A stretch of 64,000 nt of DNA from Vampirovibrio sp. (GTDB lineage Bacteria > Cyanobacteriota > Vampirovibrionia > Vampirovibrionales > JAJTHC01). The stretch's first letter is position 1. Every line of letters begins with the position of its first letter. The stretch covers positions 1,291,331-1,355,330 of the forward strand of contig JACEUU010000003.1 of NCBI GenBank assembly GCA_024998755.1. The letters are read 5' to 3'. The notes below the pieces were generated by a model. The model was given only the letters and a program-made list of their open reading frames with translations. It was not told the origin of the DNA and made no database searches. The translations under genes and the position numbers were made by a program. Positions 20,052 through 30,180 of this stretch are shown here, one piece after another.

Positions 20052-21416
20052 ATGCGATTAATTATTGCCACCAACAGGGCACCATATAATATTAAAAAGC
20101 CAAAAGACGATATTCTCTTAGAAAAATCACCCGGTGGGCTGGTTGCCGCCCTAGACCCCGTGATGAAGAAGAATCAAGGCATCTGGGTGTGCGGCGGAGA
20201 AAAACTGCTAGAAGACTACGGCTTAACCCTACCCTACCCCGTCAAACAAGTTAAACTAACCCCCAAAGAAACCAAATACTACTACGAAGGCTTCTGCAAT
20301 ACGCAAATTTGGCCGTTATTCCACTATTTTACCTCTCGTTATAAAATGGACATCAAAGATTGGGGCTTCTACAAGCAAGTCAATCAAAAATTCGCCAATC
20401 AAATCATGGAAATCATCGAACCCGAAGACCGCATTTGGGTGCACGACTACCAACTAATGATGGTACCCAAACTATTAAGGGAAAAGGGAGCCACCCAAAA
20501 AATAGGCTTTTTCCTCCATATTCCCTTCCCCAACCTGGAAATATACCGTATTTTCCCCAAACGCTATGAAATTTTAGAAAGCCTGCTAAACTGTGATTTA
20601 ATTGCCTTCCATACCGAAAGCTATAAACGCCACTTCCTCGAATGCGTCGACCATTTTATGGGGCACGACGTGGAACGAGTCGATAATAAAATCATCTACA
20701 AAGGCAGAACCATCAGCGTAGAAGCCCTCCCCATTAGCATAGACTATAAAGAAATTGAAAAAATAGCCGCTAGCGAACCCACCGAACTGAAATTAGCGGA
20801 ACTCAAAAAAATGTACGCTGGTCAACTAGTTGGGCTGGGCGTAGATAGACTAGACTACACCAAAGGCGTGAATGAAAAACTTGAAGGGCTGGAATATTTT
20901 CTGGATAACAATCCCGAATACATCAAACGACTTTCCTACATACAAATAGCCGTGCCCACCCGCTCCAACGTGCATGATTATATGAAAATAAAACGCCAAA
21001 CTGATGAAATGGTCGGGCGAATTAACGGTAAATTTTCCAAAGATGGCTGGTCGCCCATTCAGTACCTTTACAGCAACCTAAAATTTGAAGACTTGGTGGG
21101 GTACTATCGGCTGGCAGATTTCATCATCGTTTCCGCTTTGCGGGATGGGCTCAATTTAGTGGCTAAAGAATACGTTGCCGCCAGAATACACAATGGGGGG
21201 CAGCTCATTCTTAGCGAATTCACTGGGGCTGCGGAAGAAATGCCTTATCGTGCTTTAATTAACCCGTTCGATGTTACCTCTATTTCCGAAGCCATTGCGA
21301 AGGTTCTCAAAACCGACGAAACTATCCGTTATAAAAGTATGAGCGAAACCCGTGCCTATGTGAAGGAAAACGATATTTATAAATGGTTAGATAAATTTTT
21401 AGAGCATTTGGGGTAA
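20052..21416 (+). CDS. otsA: Alpha,alpha-trehalose-phosphate synthase
   Basis: GT20 family features (RLIIATNRAPY, GFFLHIPFP, ISVEALPIS). Start taken at MRLIIATNR. Confidence 0.85.
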   Translation: MRLIIATNRAPYNIKKPKDDILLEKSPGGLVAALDPVMKKNQGIWVCGGEKLLEDYGLTLPYPVKQVKLTPKETKYYYEGFCNTQIWPLFHYFTSRYKMDIKDWGFYKQVNQKFANQIMEIIEPEDRIWVHDYQLMMVPKLLREKGATQKIGFFLHIPFPNLEIYRIFPKRYEILESLLNCDLIAFHTESYKRHFLECVDHFMGHDVERVDNKIIYKGRTISVEALPISIDYKEIEKIAASEPTELKLAELKKMYAGQLVGLGVDRLDYTKGVNEKLEGLEYFLDNNPEYIKRLSYIQIAVPTRSNVHDYMKIKRQTDEMVGRINGKFSKDGWSPIQYLYSNLKFEDLVGYYRLADFIIVSALRDGLNLVAKEYVAARIHNGGQLILSEFTGAAEEMPYRALINPFDVTSISEAIAKVLKTDETIRYKSMSETRAYVKENDIYKWLDKFLEHLG

Positions 21417-21420
21417 CTTC

Positions 21421-22203
21421 ATGGCATGCTTAGCACTGATTCAAACCAAACTAAAGAGAAAAGAACCAGTTCTACTGATGTTAGATTACGATGGGACACT
21501 TACCCCCATTGTTGAATTACCCGAAAAAGCCGTCCTTGCCAAAAATATTGGGTTGGCTTTAGAAGCGTTGGCTAGCCTACCCACCGTAACCCTAGCCGTG
21601 GTTTCGGGTAGAAGGATTGAGTCCATTTTAGCCGTTTCAGGGCTAAACACGGAAAAAATATTATTTTACGGGCTACACGGGGGCGAAAGTTTGGTTGCAG
21701 AAAGCATTATCAATCACACCACTATCGCTCAAAAAGCTAACATTCAATCTATCCGAACCCTGTTAGAACAAAGTCTTCAAACCATTGCTGGCGTTCGCAT
21801 AGAAGACAAAAGGTCTTCCGTTGCCGTCCATTTTAGAAAGGTTCATTCAGATTTAGTTATTAAGAGTATCGAAGCAAGGGTGTTATCCATTTTTTATGCC
21901 AACAACGACGCTCATCAATTACGATTGCTAACAGGGAAAAAAGTGTTAGAAATACTACCTGCCCAGTTCAATAAATCCCATGCCGTTGAAAAGCTGATAC
22001 AAACAGTTCCCACGCATTACCCTGTTTATTGCGGTGATGATACGACTGATTTAGACGCATTGGCAGTGGTGCTTTCTGCAGGCGGCAGTGCGATTGGGGT
22101 TGTAGAAGCAGGCGAAGCCTTTATTGCTGATACGCCATTGAGTGGCATTGTTACACGGCAAGCCTTAATCGAATTTTTAATAGCAGCAAGTAACCAAGAT
22201 TAA
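21421..22203 (+). CDS. otsB: Trehalose-6-phosphate phosphatase (HAD family)
   Basis: HAD motif I LMLDYDGTLTP, CGDDTTDLDA motif. Starts 5 bp after otsA. Confidence 0.8.
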   Translation: MACLALIQTKLKRKEPVLLMLDYDGTLTPIVELPEKAVLAKNIGLALEALASLPTVTLAVVSGRRIESILAVSGLNTEKILFYGLHGGESLVAESIINHTTIAQKANIQSIRTLLEQSLQTIAGVRIEDKRSSVAVHFRKVHSDLVIKSIEARVLSIFYANNDAHQLRLLTGKKVLEILPAQFNKSHAVEKLIQTVPTHYPVYCGDDTTDLDALAVVLSAGGSAIGVVEAGEAFIADTPLSGIVTRQALIEFLIAASNQD

Positions 22204-22229
22204 AACTAATCCACCCGAAAGCAATAAAA

Positions 22230-22266
22230 AAAGACCCAACATACTTCGTGTTGAGTCTTTTTTTGT
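22230..22266 (+). terminator. Rho-independent terminator after otsB
   Basis: Hairpin GACCCAACATACTTCGTGTTGAGTC followed by TTTTTTT. Confidence 0.6.
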
Positions 22267-22555
22267 GGAGGAAATCCCGGAAATTATCCGAGCCATACAA
22301 GAATAACAGGGAATTAACAGGGAAAATACCAAAAATCAGGGCTGTAATTCGAGTGAAGACCTAATTCAGAATCCTTGAAACAGCCTACATATAAGGCTTT
22401 AAAGAAAGCACCCCTCTAAAATATTACTGAATTTTTCAAAAAAGAACAGGGAATATTTTAGAAGTATCAGGGATTTTTCACCAAAAATACTCCCGAACAC
22501 TACTGTGAACCTGCGGAAAAAGGCTAAGTTTTGATGAATAAAACTTATTAATTTA

Positions 22556-22596
22556 TCTATATATTATGATATTATGATATTATGATATTATGATGT
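22556..22596 (+). promoter_or_regulatory. Tandem 8-bp repeat (TATGATAT x4) bracketed by ATCTATA/TATAGAT, directly upstream of the ArsR-like gene RBS; candidate operator
   Basis: Seen directly in sequence. AAGGAGG Shine-Dalgarno lies at 22597-22603, ATG at 22611. Confidence 0.4.
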
Positions 22597-22610
22597 ATAG
22601 ATAAGGAGGC

Positions 22611-22931
22611 ATGCGTGTGAAGCCAAGCCAAAAAGAGCAAATCGAAAAAGCATCCCGATGCTTAAAGGCGTTGTCCAATCCTGTGCGACTCGCTATTTTG
22701 TGTGTACTAAAAGACGGCGAAAAATCCGTACAACAACTCGAACTCGCTGTCGGCACGTCGCAATCCAATATGTCTACACATCTCGCCACCATGCGAGACA
22801 AGGAACTTTTACTCACCCGACGTGAAGGGGTGCAAGTATTTTATTCTGTTAAAGATGAAAAACTCTTCCTGCTCCTTGCCTTGTTACAAGAAATGTACTG
22901 CCCTGAAGACCCTGAGGAATCCGAATCATGA
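22611..22931 (+). CDS. ArsR/SmtB-family transcriptional repressor, SqrR/BigR-like two-cysteine type
   Basis: wHTH SNPVRLAILCVLKDGEKSVQQLELAVGTSQSNMSTHLATMRDKELL. Cys31 and Cys97 are 66 residues apart, the same spacing as the persulfide-sensing cysteines of SqrR/BigR. Confidence 0.75.
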   Translation: MRVKPSQKEQIEKASRCLKALSNPVRLAILCVLKDGEKSVQQLELAVGTSQSNMSTHLATMRDKELLLTRREGVQVFYSVKDEKLFLLLALLQEMYCPEDPEESES

Positions 22932-23446
22932 TTAAAGTCATTAAAGCCGAAGATATTCACGCCAATGAATTGAAGCATATTATAGACGTCCGCTCAAGAG
23001 ACGAGTATTTTCAAGAACACATCCCTCAATCGCTCAACATTCCGTTGGATGAATTGCCCAATTATCTCAACACGTTACGGCAAATGGAATCCATTATCGT
23101 CAGTTGCCGAAGTGGTCAACGAGCCAATCAAGCCTGCTTACAGCTGGAACAACTTCAGTTAAACAACCTGCAATTGTTGGAAGGCGGTTTAAACGGCTGG
23201 AAGTCTAGCCAACGAGAAACGGTTTCGCTGAAAAAGGGCTTTAGCATTATGCAACAGGTGCAAATGATTGTGGGGGTCATGGTGTTGACAGGTATTTTGT
23301 ATCCGCCTCTATGGTTTTTGGGGCTGATTGCGGGCATGGGTATGCTGGTTGCTGGACTCACCAATACCTGTATGATGGCTCGTATTCTAGGTAATATGCC
23401 TTGGAATAAGGGCGTTCAAACCGAATCCTGTTCTATAGTATTTTAA
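22928..23446 (+). CDS. Rhodanese-domain protein with C-terminal 2-TM DUF2892-like segment (YgaP-like)
   Basis: Rhodanese active-site loop CRSGQRA and two C-terminal hydrophobic helices. Overlaps the ArsR-like gene by 4 bp. Confidence 0.7.
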   Translation: MIKVIKAEDIHANELKHIIDVRSRDEYFQEHIPQSLNIPLDELPNYLNTLRQMESIIVSCRSGQRANQACLQLEQLQLNNLQLLEGGLNGWKSSQRETVSLKKGFSIMQQVQMIVGVMVLTGILYPPLWFLGLIAGMGMLVAGLTNTCMMARILGNMPWNKGVQTESCSIVF

Positions 23447-23465
23447 ATAATCAATCATACAGTGT

Positions 23466-23555
23466 CTCTTCTTTGTCGCTACGATTCTCGATGTGCTTAT
23501 GTACGTTTGTGTACACCTCACACATCTGCGAGTCTAGACTTCTAGAATAGCCTAC
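23466..23555 (+). repeat. Family C dispersed 90-bp element, copy 1
   Basis: TTGTCGCTACGATTCTCGATGTGCTTATGTACG...CACATCTGCGAGTCTAGAC. Near-identical to 27171-27262 and related to 54298-54385 and 59218-59305. Confidence 0.65.
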
Positions 23556-23609
23556 TGTCTGCTTAATTATTAAAAACACTATATCCGTTAAATTTTCAAT
23601 CTCTAAAGG

Positions 23610-25319
23610 ATGCTTATTATGACCGCATTTCATTCAAATCAAGCTAAAAAGATCGTCATCGTCGGAGGCGTAGCAGGAGGCATGAGTGCTGCCGCTCGTC
23701 TAAGACGCCTTTCCGAAAAAGCGGAAATCATTATTTTTGAGCGTGGGGGCTATGTGTCTTACGCCAATTGTGGACTCCCTTACTATTTGGGTGGCGAAAT
23801 TAAGGATCGTGGTAATTTATTACTCCAAACCCCACAATCTTTAGCGGCACGCTTTAATCTGGACGTTCGCGTCCTGCATGAAGTCATTGACATTCGTGCC
23901 GAAGACAAAACCGTTGTCGTTCGTTCGCTCGCCACGCAAGAGGTCTTTGAAGAAAGCTACGATGATCTTATTCTTTCCGTGGGAGCAAGCCCCATTCGTC
24001 CGCCATTGAAGGGTTTGGACTTACCAGGTGTTTACTCCCTGCGTAGTGTTGAAGATATTGATGCCCTAGACGATTGGATGAATATGCAAGACGTTAAGCG
24101 TGTTTTGGTCGCTGGGGGAGGCTTCATCGGCTTAGAAGTCGCTGAGCAATTGAAGCATCGGGGGCTAGACGTTACGCTGGTGGATTCTAATCCGCAAGTG
24201 TTAAAACCGCTGGATCTTGAAATGGCGGTGCTAATTCAAGAAGAACTAGAATCAAACGGTGTAAAACTCTTGTTGAACGCTCCCTTAAAGGCGGTTCACG
24301 ACCCACAATCGCATCAAGATGCTGAGCAAGAGGCTCCTAAGGTCGGGTGGGTTGAAGCAGGAGACAATGCCCTTATCGCAACGGACTTATTGATTTTAGG
24401 CTTGGGCGTGCGTCCTGAAACGGCACTCGCTCAAAAGGCAGGCGTTGCCCTTGGCGAGCGTCGGGGAATTAAGGTTTCGCCCAGTATGGAAACGAACGTC
24501 CCTCATATTTATGCGGTAGGTGATGCCATTGAAGTCTTGCATCCGATTAGCGGTCAGCAAACCCTTATTGCTTTAGGCGGGCCCGCCAATCGACAAGGGC
24601 GTATTGTGGCGAATTCGATTATGGGCTTGCAAGATGCGTATTTGGGGACTTACGGCACGGCGATTTTGCGTGTCTTTGAGTTGACGGCGGCATCCACAGG
24701 TTTGAATGAAGCCCAATTGCAAGGGATGTTCTTCCCTTATGAAGCGATCCACTTGCACCCTATGCAACATGCAGGATACTACCCAGGTGCGGAAAAGATT
24801 GCCTTAAAAGTCTTGTTTAATCCTAAAACAGGTGAGCTTTATGGCGCTCAAGCCGTCGGAAAAGACGGCGTTGACAAACGCATCGATGTGATTGCCACGG
24901 CGATTAAAGCCCGTTTGACCATTCGAGACCTCGCCGAGCTGGAACTCTGTTATGCTCCGCCCTTTGGTTCCGCGAAAGATGCCGTCAATTTGGCTGGCAT
25001 GATTGGCGAAAACATTCAAGACGGCTTGCTTGAGCAGGTGCAATGGCATCAAGTGGCAAACCTTTCCAAAACAGACACGGTTTTGCTGGATGTTCGCAGT
25101 CTCGCTGAACGCAAGAAGGGATGTATTGCGGAAAGCGTGCATATTCCCTTAAATGAATTACGTCAACGCCTGAATGAATTGCCAAAAGACAAAACCCTTG
25201 TGGTCTATTGTCAAAGTGGGCAACGTTCGTATTTTGCGACTCGACTGTTGGTGCAACATGGCTTTAAAGCCAAGAATCTTTCAGGTGCTTATATGACGTA
25301 TGTAGCAAATTGTAAATGA
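23610..25319 (+). CDS. CoA-disulfide reductase family flavoprotein with C-terminal rhodanese domain (persulfide reductase-like)
   Basis: FAD site GGVAGGMSAA, redox Cys in SYANCGLPYY, second dinucleotide fold GGGFIGLE, C-terminal rhodanese CQSGQRS. Confidence 0.85.
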   Translation: MLIMTAFHSNQAKKIVIVGGVAGGMSAAARLRRLSEKAEIIIFERGGYVSYANCGLPYYLGGEIKDRGNLLLQTPQSLAARFNLDVRVLHEVIDIRAEDKTVVVRSLATQEVFEESYDDLILSVGASPIRPPLKGLDLPGVYSLRSVEDIDALDDWMNMQDVKRVLVAGGGFIGLEVAEQLKHRGLDVTLVDSNPQVLKPLDLEMAVLIQEELESNGVKLLLNAPLKAVHDPQSHQDAEQEAPKVGWVEAGDNALIATDLLILGLGVRPETALAQKAGVALGERRGIKVSPSMETNVPHIYAVGDAIEVLHPISGQQTLIALGGPANRQGRIVANSIMGLQDAYLGTYGTAILRVFELTAASTGLNEAQLQGMFFPYEAIHLHPMQHAGYYPGAEKIALKVLFNPKTGELYGAQAVGKDGVDKRIDVIATAIKARLTIRDLAELELCYAPPFGSAKDAVNLAGMIGENIQDGLLEQVQWHQVANLSKTDTVLLDVRSLAERKKGCIAESVHIPLNELRQRLNELPKDKTLVVYCQSGQRSYFATRLLVQHGFKAKNLSGAYMTYVANCK

Positions 25320-25585
25320 AATAAGATCCTCGTCTAGGCAACTATCCCGAAAATTCTAAAGAAGGCTAAACACTGTTAACAAAGGGTTAACTTGAGCCCG
25401 TTTTTAGGGGGCTGTCTTCAAAAAGCACATAATGGGTATTTTCTGTGTCAAAACAAGCCGTTTTTTTCGTTATGTAGTTCGTCTACACGCCTCAAAAGCC
25501 GTTTGTTTTTCCTTGAAATTCCACCATTCTTGACTATTTGAAGACAGCTCCTAATAAAGGCAAGTGCTATGATAGACAAGAAATG

Positions 25586-26710
25586 AAGTTACGGAATAAG
25601 GGTGTGCAGGTGGGAGTAGTGAGTGTTTTTTAATAAAATTCAACCAAAAATGCTCAAAAAACAGAACAATACCCCTTGTTTCCACTCTTTTCGGATCATA
25701 ATTACCTAAAAACCATACAAGAATCCACTAAAACCTAACCCCTCCTCACCAAAAAACCATACCGACGACAATTATACCCAAATGCCAAGCCCACAATCTC
25801 CGCAGAAACACGCACTAACCCACGACAAGACACACGAACCTTCTTAAACACCGTCTTCCAACCCGCAAACACATGCTCCACTCTGGCCCTAATCTTAGAA
25901 ACCAACCCATTAAACCGCTTCTGCGAATCCGTCAACTCAGGCGTTGGTTCATGCTGCTTACCCCGAACACGACGCTTAATAATCCTCGGCTTTATCCCCA
26001 ATGCCTTTAAATCCTTCTCCTTACCCACATACCCACTATCCGCACCAACAGTCTGCTCATCGCCCACCAGTACAGGCAGTAAACTCTGACTGTCATGCAC
26101 ATTGGCACCAGTAACAACCACCTTGCGAATCAACTTGCTTTTAGCATCTACATTAACCGTGGCACTGTAACCAAAGCCTTTGTAGCCATAAGTGGCATCA
26201 GGGTCGCTCTGGTCTTCAGGCTTTTTTCTCTGTTTGCTATTGGCTTTAATAAAGGTGGCATCTACCAAGTTGCCTTCTTTAAGAATGAGGTTGTTCTCTT
26301 GGAAGAAGGTGTCTAAGGCTAAGAAAAGGGCTTCTTGGGCTGGGGTGTTTTGCAGTTCGTGTTGGAAGTTTTCGAGTGTCGTGGCTTCAGGGATGGGGGA
26401 TTCTAAGGAGAAGCCGAGAAACTTTCGGAAGGAGAGTCTGTCGTAGCATTGAAATTCGGTTTGTTCATAGGAGAGATTAAACCATATTTTGAGGAGGTTC
26501 ATTTTGAGCAGTAGTAGGCGTTTGTAGGGTGGTCTGCCGTTGGGTTTGTGGTGGATGTGTGTTTTGAGGATGGTTTCAAATAGTTGCCATGGTAGGGTTT
26601 GGTTCATTTCCTCTAGGAATTTGTGAGTGGGGGTGGGGTATCCTATGAGAGGTGGAATAATGTCCCTTCTATTTTAACCCAAAATTACCTTGCCCTTTTT
26701 CCGTAACTTC
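25586..26710 (-). mobile_element. IS5-like element copy 2 (inverted, 1125 bp, internally deleted variant), TSD AAAT
   Basis: Same terminal IRs. AAAT at 25582-25585 and 26711-26714. Relative to copy 1 it carries a ~50-bp 5' deletion, a 10-bp insertion and a 2-bp deletion that truncates the transposase. Confidence 0.8.
25735..26607 (-). pseudogene. IS5-family transposase, truncated at both ends (290 aa)
   Basis: Lacks the first ~30 aa, and a 2-bp deletion near the 3' end creates an early stop relative to copies 1 and 3. Confidence 0.65.
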
Positions 26711-26737
26711 AAATGAATATCATACCATTTTTTAAGG

Positions 26738-27133
26738 TCAATGTGCCGTGTCCTCGGAAGAAGCCATATTCATAGGAGTTCCTTTAACAAACGCAATCAT
26801 GAAGTTAATGCCTACCATCATGGCCATATGAACAGGGGCCATATATAGCGAATGCTTCATCGACATTTTGAAGGGCTTTGGGAAAAGTGGGAAGAGTAAG
26901 GTGCTTGCACCCATGAGGGCAATATTCAAAGCGTGGTGTCTGACTGCCATTGTACCCTGGTCTAGCCGTGTGTGGAAGGAATCCTGCTCGTTGGGTATGA
27001 GCTTATCAGATCGTGGAGTACTCATCATCGAAGACCGAGCCGATACTAACACCCATGGCCTATGGATGATCTGACTATTGGGCTGAATGAGTGACATACA
27101 TCTAGTCTCCTGATAATCGATGAAGTTGAGCAA
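26738..27133 (-). CDS. Small Met/His-rich hypothetical protein, possibly metal-related
   Basis: 131-aa ORF with HMAMMVG and MSMKHSLYMAPVHMAMM segments. Sits downstream of copA on the same strand. Confidence 0.35.
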   Translation of the reverse strand: MLNFIDYQETRCMSLIQPNSQIIHRPWVLVSARSSMMSTPRSDKLIPNEQDSFHTRLDQGTMAVRHHALNIALMGASTLLFPLFPKPFKMSMKHSLYMAPVHMAMMVGINFMIAFVKGTPMNMASSEDTAH

Positions 27134-27170
27134 TACTTATTCACCAATTCTTAGTTTAAATAGCTTCTGG

Positions 27171-27262
27171 TATCTTCGTTGTCGCTACGATTCTCGATGT
27201 GCTTATGTACGTCTCTGTACACTTCACACATCTGCGAGTCTAGACTCCTAGAATCCACCTCT
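27171..27262 (+). repeat. Family C dispersed element, copy 2
   Basis: About 95% identical to 23466-23555. Followed by ACGTTATTCAATCTAAGAATGGGG (family B-like end motif). Confidence 0.65.
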
Positions 27263-27361
27263 ACGTTATTCAATCTAAGAATGGGGATTAGTTCATAAGG
27301 ATAAACCCACTTTGTATGGTTTCATATGATTAGTTTGACCTAGACCGATCCTAACCATGAG

Positions 27362-29542
27362 CTAAAGCTTCTTCCATTTAAGACGTAATGCGTTAAGCAC
27401 AACGCTGACGGAGCTTAACGACATGGCTACCGCCGCAATGATGGGCGAGAGTAAGATGCCAAAAGCTGGATAAAGTATCCCCGCCGCCAAAGAAACCCCA
27501 ACCCCGTTATAGACAAAAGCAAAAAATAGATTTTGACGAATGTTTCGCATTGTCGCTTTGGATAAGTGAATGGCGGTAACTAGGTCTTTTAAATCCCCAC
27601 GAAGGAGCGTAACGCCTGCACTTTTCATGGCCACATCGGTCCCAGTTCCCATAGCAATACCCACTTCAGCAGTTGCCAGTGCAGGCGCATCATTAACACC
27701 ATCTCCTGCCATTGCCACAGAATGCCCTTTATCTTTTAGGGTTTGAACAATGCGGCTTTTGTCCTGAGGAAGAACGTCTGCATAAACCTCATCAATCGCA
27801 AGCTGCTTTGCAACGGCTTTGGCTGTGGTTTCATTGTCCCCAGTCAGCATGACGACACGAAGCCCTAACTGATGCAGTGCTTCAATAGCTTGCGGTGTGC
27901 TGGCTTTAATTGGATCGGTAACGGTAAGGAATCCGGCCAAGTCTGAGCCAATCGTCATAAAAACGACCGTTGCACCTTGGTTGCGGTACGTGTCAGCCTT
28001 TTTCTTTTGTTCCTCTGGCAACATAACCCCAACATCCTAGAGCAGGGCTTGATTACCCAAAGAAACCTGCTTGTCTTCTAACGAACCCGTGACCCCTTTG
28101 CCTGTTATCGATTTAAACTGTTTTACCTGGGTTAGGGTCAGCTGTTTTTTTAATGCCTTACGAACAATCGCTTCACCCAGTGGGTGCTCACTGCTTTGCT
28201 CTAAGCTTGCCGCTAAACGGAGCATTTCAGGTTCGGTAAAAGATTCAAGAGAAATGATGCTGGTTAAAACAGGATGGCCTTCTGTTAGGGTACCTGTTTT
28301 ATCAATGACTAACGTATCCACTTTTTCCAGGACTTCGAGAGCTGAGGCGTTTTTAATCAGGATTCCCAATCCAGCCGCGCGACCCATCCCAACCATAATA
28401 GACATAGGAGTAGCCAAGCCCAGGGCACAGGGGCAAGCAATAATAAGCACAGAGACGGCGGCAATTAATCCGTAGCTGAGGCCCTGAGTTTCTGCAAAAA
28501 GCGTCCACGCAACAAAGGCAACTGCTGCGATGAGTAAAACAATGGGCACAAACCATGCGGCCACTTTATCTACAACCCGTTGGATGGGTGCTTGGCTCAG
28601 CTGTGCGTCGGCCACCATTTTCACAATCTGAGACAGCATTGTATTGCTGCCAACTTTTTGAGCCCTGATGACAAGAGTGCCTTTGGCATTGATGGTTCCA
28701 CCAATAACCCCATCACCGACGCTTTTTGCAATAGGCATAGGTTCCCCAGTTATCATGGCCTCATCAACGTGGCTTTGTCCTTCAGTAACTTCACCATCCA
28801 CTGGGATTTTCTCTCCTGGACGGATTCGTAACAGATCACCAAGAACAATGGACTCAAGAGGAACTTCTTCTTCAGCCCCATCCTGTAACCGTCGAGCGGT
28901 TTTCGGAGCCAGATTCAACAGTGCTTTAATCGCTCCGCCAGTTTGCTCACGGGCTTTTAATTCCAAAATTTGCCCCAATAGTACCAAGACAATGATCACA
29001 GCCGACGCTTCGAAATAGACTGGAACGGTGCCGCCCGTCTGAAACGACGCTGGAAAGCTTTGAGGCGTTATAGTTGCCACAACGCTATAGAGCCAGGCAA
29101 CACCAGTGCCAAGAGTAATCAGAGTAAACATATTGAGTGACTGGTTAATAAGCGACTGCCAGCCTCGCCTAAAAAATGGCCATCCCGACCAAAAAACAAC
29201 TGGCGTAGCCAATGCGAATTGTATCCACGTTGAAAGCGTCTGCTCAATGAAATGAATATTGAATAAATGGTTCCCCATCTCTAAAACCAGAAGAGGAACG
29301 CTCAGCACCAGCCCCACCCAAAATCTTCGACTAAAATCAAGGAGTTGAGGACTTTTACCTTCTTCCTCTCCTGTGACAGTTTCAGGCTCAAGCCCCATGC
29401 CACACTTGGGGCAGATTCCAGGGCCTTTATGTTCGACTTCAGGGTGCATGGGACAGGTGTAGACAACCGTGCCTAGATCAATCCCAAAGACATCATCAGA
29501 GGTGGTTTTTTTTGTTTTGGCGTCATGATTGCAACAGTCCAT
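27362..29542 (-). pseudogene. copA: Copper-translocating P1B-type ATPase interrupted by an in-frame TAG
   Basis: N-terminal CPMHPEV/CPKCGM metal-binding site, CPC, DKTGTLT, and [10 protein letters not shown] hinge. The two ORF-track pieces (28037-29542 and 27362-28024) are in the same frame, separated only by the amber codon at 28037-28039 (...[15 protein letters not shown]...). Confidence 0.8.
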
Positions 29543-30097
29543 TTTATACTTTTTCCTCTTAGTTAGAAACTTCTAATCCGAAAAAAATGGGGCCGTATTT
29601 GACCTCTCCTGAACCAACGCACGTTCCAAGTAAATAACAGGCGTTACGCAGCAGGTTTAAAAGCTCTCATTCTAAGTAGGTACATAGTAACGCTTTTAGT
29701 CAGGCAAAGCAAGTTCAGTTTTAAAGCTGCGGAATACAGCATAAATAAGCGCTAGAGCGGGCACTTCTTGAAACCGTTACGTTTGACGTAAAGATGCTAC
29801 CCCCCAGCGACTTACTGATTGATGAAGTAATTATTGATAAACCCTTTAGTGAAGTCAATGAGGATGTTTACCAGACAACCAGCACTACGTTAAGGGCTAT
29901 GCACTTGTACTTTTTTTCTGGCATGGCCTCGACAGCAGAAAACGAGTGGTGCACATGGAGTCGTGGCGGGCAGGACAGGCGATGGCGAAGAATGACCTAT
30001 TTCGTAAAGGCATTGACGTGTATTCGATAGTAACTAAGGATGGTCTATAAAAAGGAAATAGAAGACTTACATAATCAGGGAGTGTAAGCTGTAATAG

Positions 30098-30135
30098 TCG
30101 GTACAGTTCTAAAAAAGCATTTAGAACTGTACCGA
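30098..30135. promoter_or_regulatory. Perfect 16-bp inverted repeat TCGGTACAGTTCTAAA / TTTAGAACTGTACCGA with 6-bp spacer
   Basis: Seen directly. No adjacent intact gene. Candidate operator or orphan hairpin. Confidence 0.4.
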
Positions 30136-30180
30136 AATATTTATTGTAGAATTAGGTAGCTTAGATGTATCTACATAGAA

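Noticed and set aside
22556-22596. CRISPR-like array (also the 9-mer tandem at 31946-31990)
   Set aside because: Units are only 8-9 bp, directly tandem without spacers, with no cas genes. They are simple tandem repeats or operator-like sequences.
28037-28039. Possible stop-codon reassignment or programmed readthrough explaining the in-frame TAG/TAA codons
   Set aside because: All well-conserved genes in the window terminate on TAA or TAG at the expected positions, so these codons function as stops. Pseudogenisation is simpler.
27362-29542. Two separate P-type ATPase genes (501 aa and 220 aa)
   Set aside because: They share a frame and are separated only by one TAG codon. Together they form one complete CopA, so it is a single pseudogene or a sequencing error, not two genes.
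29794-30030. 78-aa ORF in the graveyard region
   Set aside because: No conserved features. Sits among pseudogene debris. Likely spurious.
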